DNA from: the human T2T-CHM13v2.0 reference genome, Homo sapiens | Assembly (NCBI RefSeq): GCF_009914755.1 | Contig: NC_060926.1 | Reading direction: 5' to 3' (one strand) | DNA: 64,000 nucleotides | Shown here: piece by piece, positions 54,161 through 64,000 of the stretch | Layout of the letters: each line of letters begins with the position of its first letter | Numbering within the stretch: position 1 is the stretch's first letter | Translations under genes and position numbers: made by a program | The notes under the pieces: generated by a model | What the model was told of the DNA's origin: nothing | What the model saw: only the letters and a program-made list of their open reading frames with translations | Databases searched by the model: none

Positions 54161-55519
54161 GAATGCATAACATAGTATTTAGAACAAAAGTATTAGAAAT
54201 TATTATTAAGAATTTGATAGTTAATTGAAGTCTGGATCCTAGAATTAAATGATCCATACAGATGTAAAACTTATATCCCCGAGGCTTCTCTAAAAGATCA
54301 AAGGAGGGGTTAATTTTGTTATATGAACAATGAAGGGAACTCAAGTAAACTATTATTCAGAAGTAGGGTTTCAACTGCAAAGCATTAAACCAAAATGCAT
54401 TTTTAAAATAGTAATACACTTTAGAAAATGAAAAGGATTTGTAAGTCATGTGTAATAGTTGTGAGGGTTCTGCCACCCTCCCCAAAGGGCACTGACTAAT
54501 AACGAGTAACTAATCAGGATTACTGTGAAATCCTACACTCTAGTGCCACACGAGCTGAACAAGCAAGCGATGCGTGTGACAGTGTGGCTGGGGCGAGCGA
54601 TGCACACACTGCATGGCCGGGAGCCCCGGCACAACTCAATTCCCACATCAAGTCTAGATTCTGTTCTGCAAAATTCTACTGCTGTGACTGCCTTCTTTTT
54701 CAACTGATATATTCTCACAGTGCTTTCAAAGACATGGGATTTTTTTCCAGCCGTCCATGCCCAGAAAAACTCAGTGATGGCATTAGTTCAGAAGAAAAAC
54801 AAGCGCACACCCCATAAACTACATCAGAAGGTAATGCCCACACATCAGACCCAGCCGTCTGTCCCTCCCAGAAGGCAACAAAGTCAGCATGGCGGGGCAT
54901 CTCTGAACATTCCACAGCACTTGCCAGCACTCTCCATTTTGGTCCCATAACTGAGGGAAATGTCGAGAAAGAACAGAGAGTGCTGGGTTCGGCATTCTAT
55001 TTGTTGTGGTTTTATTTTGTTTTTTCAGGCACTCAGGCCATGTGGTGCAGGAGCCGGGGAGGGCACTCTGTAACCTCAAGGGAATAAGACGGCTTCATAC
55101 CATCATCTCCCTCTAGGGGAAGTCACTCCTGGGACAGTTTGGTTTTTATTCACCTGATAAGCTATGTGCTTGCTTATTAAATTCCTTCCAGGCCGCATCT
55201 TACTACATTATAGGACACATTTGTATATAGCATGAGAATGAAACTCATTAATCTTTTCAGAGGATTCACACTCTGTCTGGATCTCAAATAGAACCAATAG
55301 GTCAACTTCATGAAAATGTTATTGCTATAGGATTTCTTTGTAAGACCAGCAGAAATGGCTAGATTTATGGCTTCATCACCTGCCTTCTAACTCTTATTTA
55401 TTCTCTCTTTCACTTTAAGGTCACCTTACAACTCCCCTAGACTTCAGTTTATTTAGTGTGAAAATGGGAATAATGTCTTTTTGTACTCATGGGAATACTA
55501 TAAAAATTAATTATTGGTT

Positions 55520-55558
55520 TGTATCAGTCAGGGATCTCCAGAGAAACAGAACCAGCAG

Positions 55559-55637
<79 letters not shown>

Positions 55638-55978
55638 TATTTATTTTAAGGAATTATGTGACTGTGGAGGCTGGCAAGCCTGAATTCTGTGGGGCAGCCC
55701 AGCAGGCTGGACCCTCAGTCAGGAGTTGCTGTGCAGTCTTGAGGCAGAAAATCATTGTCCACAGGATGCCTGTGATTGCTCTTAAGGCCTTCAGCTGATT
55801 GGGCGAGGCCCACCCACATTATCAAGGTATGTACTTTCAGTAATCTCTTTTACTTAAGGTAAACTGGCTGTAGATATTAACACATTTGCCAAATGCCTTC
55901 ATAGCAACATCTAGATTAGTGTTTGCTCAAACAACTGGGTACCTGCCTAGCCACACTGACATAAAACTCACCATCACC
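55520..55978 (-). mobile_element. MLT2-type ERV-L 3' LTR
   Basis: tgtatcagtcagggatctccagagaaacagaacc...gaggcccacccacattat...gacataaaactcaccatcac. Confidence 0.85.
55564..55634. repeat. Pure (GA)n microsatellite, ~35 units, inside the LTR
   Basis: Uninterrupted AG run. Confidence 0.97.
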
Positions 55979-58900
55979 GTCCATCCTTTGTCAGCTTGAC
56001 ATCTCCCTAAACTATACTTAGTTTCCACATAAAGACAAAAGCAAAGTCATACTTCTGCCTAATATGATACAACAAGCCTGACTACACCAAGAGTGCATGC
56101 GCCCTTCCCAGAAGAGGATTCAGAGTCTTTGAGTGGTGCTTCGTCTTCTTCTTGATATCTTGTAACTTAAATACTATCATATAATAATCATATCATATAA
56201 AGTCAGTGCAACTTATATTACATGGTGAGATAAGAGAGAGAAGAAAACAAAGGTACTGCATAATATACACATTCACACAGACATATTCTTAACAAAATAG
56301 GAGGAAATACTTACAACAGTTACAATCCTCATTTCTGTAGCTGTTCACATGGTCATGGCTGGTATTTATAATTACTTTGTCTACTATCCAATCTGTATTC
56401 CCCTTCCCTTCAGAAAGCGCCTCATCTGGGCATGGACCCTTACCTGGTGGGGTGATCCAAACCTTCATTCCTGAAGGGACTGGGCCATTTTTAGTCCTGT
56501 CTGGATTGGGTGGTTATAGTTTTCCATTGACCTCAGTCACGGGGCATTGTGATTGAGAGCGTGCTAGGAGACACCCCAAGGGATCTCCTGTATCCCAGAC
56601 ATGCTCTTGCCCATGTCCACTATGGAGTGCAGTCCAGTTTCCCACGGTGGTCAGGATCAGTCACCCGAGCCAGCACAGTAGTTCCCGTTCCTGCCTTTGA
56701 TTCTAAGCCACAAGGATCCCAAAGCGGCTGAGTGGCAGTCTTGAATTCCAGCTCAATGGAATCATTGTCATGTTTCCTGGTGGCAACATTCCTCCCCCTG
56801 GAACCAAGACCTCTAGACTAGTAGAACATAATGTTGTGAGAACAAGAAGCAGACATTTTGCTAGTGGGTTACTAGGGGTCATAATAAGTGGTGCTTCTCC
56901 CATTTCTGCCCCATGATTCCTGGGCCCATGAGTCCTGGCTGTAGGAGAAATAGCACCATATATTTGATGCTGATTCAGAGCATACCCAGCCTTCTGGAGA
57001 ATATTGTCCCAGCCCTGCAAGGGACTGTCACCCAGCTGGTGCTGTAACTGAGTCTTCAAAAGGTCATTCTACATTCTGTCAAGCCAGCTGCCAGCATAAT
57101 GGGGAACATGGTAGAGCCAGTGAGTTCCATGCACACGAGCCCATTGCTGCACTTCATTTGCTATGGAGTGAGCTCCTCAGTCAGAAGCAGTGCTGTGTGG
57201 AATACCGTGATGGTGGTTAAGGCATTCTGAAGTCCATGGATATTCACTTTGGCAGAAGCATTGTGTGTAGGGAAGACAAATCCATATCTAGAGTGAATAG
57301 TATCCATTCCAGGAAGGACAAAACACCATTGCCCCTTCCTTGATGGAGGTGGTCCAAGGTAGTCACCTTGCCCCCAGGTGGATGCTGACCATCTCAGGGA
57401 GTGGTGACATGCTGGGGACTCACTGTTGTTCTCTGCTGCTGGTGGATTGGACACAGTGGTAGTCGTAGCCAGGTTGGCCATGGTGAGTGGAAATCCATGA
57501 TGCTGAGCCCATGCATCACCTCCATCCACAGTGGCCACTCTGTTCATGGGTCCACTGGGCAATGACAGGAATGGCTGAGGAAAGAGGCTCAGTCATTGAC
57601 TGTGCTCCACAGAATCCCATCTGTGGAATTACTAAAGTCCTCCTCTGCTGAGGTCACCCTTTGGTGAGCATTTAAATGGCACACAAATTTCACCACATGT
57701 TTTCCCATTGAAAGAGGTCTTTTCACATGCGCTTTTCCAATTTCCTTGTCACCAATTTTCCAATTATGTTTCTTGCAAGTCCCTGACCAACCAGCCAAAT
57801 CATCGGCCACAGCCTATGAATCATTAAACAATCACACTTCTAGCCACTTCTCCTTCCAAGCAAAGTGCACAACCAGGTGCATTCCTCAAAGTTCTGCCCA
57901 CTGAGAGGCTTTCCCTTCACTGCTGTCCCTCAGGGATGTCCCAGAGAGGGGCTGCAGTGCTGCAGCTGCCCACTTTCAGGTGGTGCCTGCATATGGTGCA
58001 GAACCATCTGTGAACCAGGCTCAAGTCTTATCTTCCTGTGTGATCCTATGGAACTGCCCAGGAGGCCACAGGTGCAGGCTGGGAGAGAGAAGGCAGCATA
58101 GCAGGAGTGGTGACCATAGGCATTTTAGGCCACTTCCTCATGTAACTTACTGGTGCCTTCGGGACCTGCTCTAACCCGATCATGTGTCCACCCTTCCATT
58201 TGGTCATGGAATGCTGCTGTGCACGCCCAGCTTTATGCTTGGTGGGTCAGATAACACCAGTTCACAGTGGGCAGCTCTAGTTGCATGGTAATTGGTGGCT
58301 CATGGTCAAGCATTTAGTCTCTACCAAGGCCCAGTGGCAGACCAAGAACTATCTCTCAGAAAGAGAGCAGTTGTCCTTGGAAGACAGCAGAGGCTTGCTC
58401 CAAAATCCTAAAGACCTGCGCGGTGATCCACCTGCCAAAGGCCCCACGTAGCATCCCTGTCTGTCCTAAAGACCTGCGCGGTGATCCACCTGCCAGAGGC
58501 CCCACGTAGCATCCCTGTCTGTCCTAAAGACCTGCGCGGTGATCCACCTGCCAGAGGCCCCACGTAGCATCCCTGTCTGTCCTAAAGACCTGCGCGGTGA
58601 TCCACCTGCCAGAGGCCCCACGTAGCATCCCTGTCTGTCCTAAAGACCTGCGCGGTGATCCACCTGCCAGAGGCCCCACGTAGCATCCCTGTCTGTCCTA
58701 AAGACCTGCGCGGTGATCCACCTGCCAGAGGCCCCACGTAGCATCCCTGTCTGCCACAATAGTGCCTCAGGCACCACTGGATCTCCTGGGTCATGTGGCC
58801 CAAGTGGTAGAGCATCTTTCACAGCAGCCTGGACCTGTTGCAGAGCCTTTTTTTGTTCTAGGTCCTACTCAAAACTATCAATTTTGGGGGTCACTTAATA

Positions 58901-60595
58901 AATAGGCCAAATTAATACACCCATCTGAGGAGGATGTTGTCTCTAAAAATTCAAAGAGCCCCACTCACCTTTTTAACTCTGGCTATAGGAGGGGCTAGAC
59001 GTAACCACTTTTTCTCCACCTTACGAGGGATGTCTCAGTGTGCCCCCACACCACCAAACCCCTAGAAATTTCACTGAGGTAGAAGGCCTTTGAATTTTAA
59101 TTCAATTTATTTCCCATCCTCTGACATGCAGGTGTCTTACCAACAAATCTAGAGTAGTTGCTGCTTCTTGCTCACTAGGTCCAGTCAGCACAAGGCCATC
59201 AATGTCATGGGCCATCTCGTATGACATCTTGAGGAAGACAAAGGTGATCACCATCCCTGCAAACTATTTTGTGACACAGAGTTGGAGAATTGATCTACCC
59301 CTGAGTTTCATTGCTGGCCTTGCCTGCTGAAAGCAAACTGCTTCAGTCTTTACTAACAAAAAAAGCATTTGCCGAATTAATCACTGCATATCAGATACCA
59401 AGAGGTGTGGTGGATTAATTTGCTTAAACAACGAAACCATACTGGTATGGCATCTGCAGTTGGAGTCACCACCTGGTTAAGCTTATGATAATCCTCTGTC
59501 ATTCTCCATGATCCATCTCTCTTCTGCACCGGCCAAACAGGAGAGTTGAATAGGGATGTGGTGAGAATCACCACCCCTGTATCCTTCAAGTCTTTGATGG
59601 TGGCACTAATCTCTGCAGTACCTCTAGGAATGCATATTGCTTTTATTTTACCATTTTCTGAAATAGAGGCAGGTTAGTGGCTTCCACTGGCCTTTCTTGC
59701 ATAACAGCCCTCTCTCCACAGGTCAGGAAACCAATGTGAGGATTCTGCCTGCTGCTGAGTACGTCTAGGCTAATGATGCATTTCAGAACTGGAGAAAACC
59801 CACAGGATGGGTTCAGGGCCATACTTGAACTGTTGTGAGAAGGACATGAGATAAAACTCCACTGATCACCTGTGCTCCACAAGCCCGTCCCTGACTGGCA
59901 GACCATAGTGACGTTTGGCTCTCGTCAACTTAGGGTCAGTTCAGATCCAGTGTCCAGCTGTCCCTGAAAAGTCTGATTATTTTCTTTCCCCTAATGCGCA
60001 GTCACCCTGTTAAGGTAGATCCCTTTGGGGAAGCCTGGGAGAAAGATTAACAGTGTAAGATTTTGGTATGGCCCTGGGGTCTTTCCTCAAGAAGACCTAA
60101 CCTGTAAATTCAAGGGATTCTGAGTCTGTAAAGTAGCTCAAGCCTGGGAATTGATTGAAGGGTTGTGACTCTGTTTTGTGATTCAAGTTATACTTCTGTT
60201 CACTAGACCTAGAACTCTTCTGTTTACACAGCTCAAGTAAGAATTTAGTAGACAGCCCATCTATTTCTCTTCCAGGAATATAATGGACTGCCAGTTGCCA
60301 GTTGATTACTGCCTTGACTGTGCTGTCTGTTTTGGTAACTTGTCTCACGGTATTACCACCTGGTCGGCCTTGTCTTTGGTAATTATGTGCCACCATGTGG
60401 GCCCTGCCCCCCTTGCTCTGGGACCCAGTCACTTCCAGGTTTCCCAGTTCCATGGCCATAGTTCCCACTGTAAGGTCCAGCCTGTGGAGAAGTGTGACTC
60501 CAGAGCTTTTCAAGGGTGCGAGGACTCCCCTCACACATCTGTTTCTCATAGTCGTGGCGAAAGGCGTGTCCTCTGGACCCTCCTGGGGTGGGAGG
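55979..60595 (-). mobile_element. ERV-L internal region, defective and 5'-truncated (gag, pro, RT, RNase H, IN and dUTPase-like remnants)
   Basis: Minus-strand fragments: [30 protein letters not shown] (59377-59589), RNase H LAGWSGTCKKHNWKIGDKEI (57589-57810), IN (57161-57562), dUTPase-like LEVLVPGGGMLPPG (56703-57059) and gag-like (60097-60549). Many stops and frameshifts. No 5' LTR seen. Confidence 0.88.
58406..58753. repeat. Tandem repeat, 6 x 58 bp
   Basis: Unit tcctaaagacctgcgcggtgatccacctgccagaggccccacgtagcatccctgtctg, with a single variant (ccaaag) in copy 1. Confidence 0.98.
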
Positions 60596-61275
60596 AAATA
60601 TTAGTTACTTCCAATTTCTGATTATTGTGCAACTTGGTAACAAACAGGGACTCTGGAAGCAATGGGGAAGAAGCCATCAGACCCTGAGGCTCACAAAAGA
60701 GGAGATGTTCATGTTTGTTTCCGCTGCAGTCAAGCTACCCAAAGTTTTTAACACCTTGGAGAGACCTGGCTGCAAATGTTTGTTTTAGGAACATGCTAAG
60801 ACCATGGAGAATGATGCCTCTGTGACATGGAGAGATGCAAGGGAATTGTCCCTCAGTGGAGGCCCCTTTCTCCCTGTCACAACTGATTCCCTCAGCTGGG
60901 CTTTGAGGACTCTGCCAGAGGTGGTATAGACAGGGTAGGGGTGAACATTTAGAGTCTTCTCTTAGAAAGAGGCACCCGTACAAAGTGTGCCTGGCAAGAG
61001 GTCACCAGGAGAGGAAGGATAGACCCTCGCTCGGGAGGGTCCCCAATTCACAGAACATAGCTCTAGAAAGGAGAACAGATGGCATCTGTGCTGGTAGACC
61101 TGCCAGCCCCCACACTGCCAGCAGGCCGGGCTGCAGCATTTTTACAGGGGATCATTCAGTTTCTTCTAAAATACTTCCAGGGACAAGAGCTCACCACTTA
61201 ATGAGGGGGCTTGTTTTATGGCTGGACTGACCTATTAAAAGATTCATCCTCTTGTCGGGCAAAATCTACAGAGTC

Positions 61276-61575
61276 TACACACACAGATACACATCCACAC
61301 ACAAATATACACACATTCATACATATACATACACATGTACAACATGAACTCACGTACAATGTGAACACATACAAATAACATTCACATGCAATAAGCATAT
61401 TTATGTATATACATCTACATGAATACATAACAAAAATACACATACAAACATGACTACATGTACACACATTCGCGTACATATAAAATACATGTGCACACAT
61501 GTAAACATCTGTACACATATACAGATGCATACACAAATACATACATGCATACATAGCCTTGCATACATACACATC
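61276..61575. repeat. Degenerate (CA/CATA)n repeat
   Basis: acacatacacatgtacaacatg... low complexity. Confidence 0.85.
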
Positions 61576-62612
61576 CTGCAGAGTTGATCCACTTCTGCCA
61601 ATTCTGCTCCCTCACAATCGATTTCCTCTTCTAAAAATAGCCCTTCTGATATTGGAAGTCATCCTTCCAAGACTTTTTTTAAAGAGACTTTATTTTTTAG
61701 AACAAATTTAGGTTCAGAGAAAAACTGAGCAGAAAATGCAGAAAGTCCTCATATACTCCCTGCTCCCACACATGCACAATCTCTTCTACTATCAATGGCC
61801 TACACCAAAGTGGTACATGTGTCAGGACTGATGAACCTACCTTGACACATCATTACCCAATGTCCATAGTTTACGTTAGGATTTACTCTTGGTGTTGTCC
61901 AAAATCTATGGATTTTGACAAATGTATAATGACATGTGTCCAGCATTATAGTATCATACAGGATAGTTTGACTGCCCTAAAAATCCTCTGTGCTCTGCCT
62001 GTTGATCACTCTTTCACATCTAACTCCTGGCAACCACTGACCTTTTTACTGCCTTCATAGATTTGCCTTTTCTAGATTGTTATACAATTGGAATCATACA
62101 CAATGTTGTAGCCTTTTTGCATTGGCTTATTTTATTTAGTGATGTGCATTTACGTTTCCTCCATGTCTTCTCATAGATTAGTAGCTCAGTTCTTTTTAGC
62201 ACTGAATAATATTCCATTGTCCAGATGTACCACAGTTTATTTATCCATTTACTTACCAAAGGACATCTTAGTTGCTTCTCAGTTTTGGCAGTTATGAATA
62301 CAGCCGCTATAAACATCTTGTGTGGGTTTTTATATGGACATAAATTCGGATAAATACCAAGAAAGGAGATTTTAGGAGTATGTAAGAGTATGTGCTGAGG
62401 TCGGTAAAAGTACATTTAGTTTTGTAAGAAACTGCCAACTCTCTTCCAAAGTGGCTGCACCATTTTGCTTTCCTACCAGCAATGAATGAGAGTTCTCATT
62501 GCTTCATATCCTCACCAGCATTCAGTGTTGTCACTGTTTTGGATTTTGCCATCCTAATAGTTATGTAGTGGTCTCTCATTGTTATTATACTTTGCAGTTC
62601 CCTAATGACATC

Positions 62613-63055
62613 TGTATTAGGCCATTCTTGCACTGCTATAAAGAAATACCTGAGACTGGGTAGTTTATAAAGAAAAGAGGTTTAATTGGTTATGGTTCTG
62701 CAGGCTCTACAGGAAGCATAGCAGCTTTTACTTCTGGGGAGACCTCAGGAAGCTTCCAATCATGGCGGAAGACAAAGAGGGAACAAAGAGTCTCACATGG
62801 CAGGAGCAGGAGCAAGAGGGGAGGGAAGAGGTGCTATACACCTTTAAACAATCAGGTCTCATGAGAACTCACTCACTGTCACAGGGAGGGCACCAAGGAG
62901 ACGGTGTTAAACCATTCGTGAGAAATCTGCTTCCACGACCATTCACCAAGGATCCGTCCCCACGATCCAGTCACCTCCCACCAGACCCCACCTCTAACAC
63001 CGGGGATTACAATTCAGCATGAGCTATGGTGGGGACACAGGTTCAAACCATATCA
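62613..63055 (-). mobile_element. MSTA/B-like MaLR solo LTR
   Basis: tgtattaggccattcttgcactgctataaagaaatacctgagactggg...caaaccatatca. 5-bp TSD acatc/acata. Confidence 0.88.
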
Positions 63056-63069
63056 ACATATAATGCTGA

Positions 63070-63413
<344 letters not shown>

Positions 63414-63769
63414 TGTACATCTTTTTTAATGAGATGTCTGTTTAGATCTTTGCTGAGTTTTTAATTGGGTTGTTTGTTTTCTTATAAAGTTTTAAGAGTT
63501 CTTTGTACATTTTAGATATACCACAGTGGTCTTTTGCAAATATTGTCTCTCAGTCTGTGACTTGTTTTCTCATTCTCTTGACAGTATCTGTTTCAGAGCA
63601 CAAGTTGTTAATTTTCATGGAGCCCAATTTATTAACTATTTCATGATTGTGTCTTTGGTGTTTTATCTAAAAAGGCACCACTAAGCCTAAGGTCCTCTAG
63701 ATTTTTCCATATGTTATCTTCTAGGAGTTTCATAGTTTTGCATTTTACATTTGGGTCCACAATTCATTC

Positions 63770-64000
63770 TGAGTGTGTGCATTTGTGTGTCTATATCTGT
63801 GTGCATGTCTATACTTGTGCATGTGTGTATCTATATGTGTGTATGTCTATATGTGTGTATGTGTATGTATATGTGTGCATGTCTATACATGTGCATGTGT
63901 GTATATGTTTGTGTGTATATGTGTGCATGTGTTTGTGTATGTGTGTCTATATGTGTATGTATGCATGTATGTGTGTGTCTATATATCTGTGTGCATGTGT
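63770..64000. repeat. Degenerate (TG/TATG)n repeat running off the window end
   Basis: gtgtgtatgtctatatgtgtgtatg... Confidence 0.9.

Noticed and set aside
58406-58753. CRISPR-like regular array, or CTCF sites in the 58-bp unit
   Set aside because: The units are head-to-tail with no unique spacers and the DNA is eukaryotic. The CTCF-like string ctggcaggtggatc misses several key positions.
56703-60549. Functional retroviral gag/pol genes
   Set aside because: The frames are fragmented into short ORFs, interrupted by the VNTR, and there is no 5' LTR.

Overview
Primate (most likely human) genomic DNA lying entirely inside one + strand gene, recognised as SH3RF3 (POSH2; RING and multi-SH3 scaffold). 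Four internal coding exons (16534-16637, 29495-29665, 33887-34140, 46164-46483; 104/171/254/320 bp) have canonical AG/GT boundaries and splice into one open frame. That frame encodes an SH3 domain and Ser/Pro/Thr/Ala-rich linkers. The rest is intron, dense with old repeats: Alus, L1M, L2, MIR, MaLR LTRs, a full-length Tigger1, hAT MITEs and a ~5 kb MLT2/ERV-L provirus remnant. Apart from these exons and decayed transposon frames, the ORF track looks like noise. I see no convincing new multi-gene system. The most notable structures are: an Alu with an inverted 5' part nested in another Alu; two local non-tandem duplications (113 bp and ~383 bp) with templated-insertion-like junctions; a near-perfect 6x58-bp CpG-bearing VNTR inside ERV-L pol whose unit carries an HRE-like motif; and splice-site and exon-phase features around the SH3 exon. 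Repeat subfamily names and exon numbers come from recognition, not a database search.
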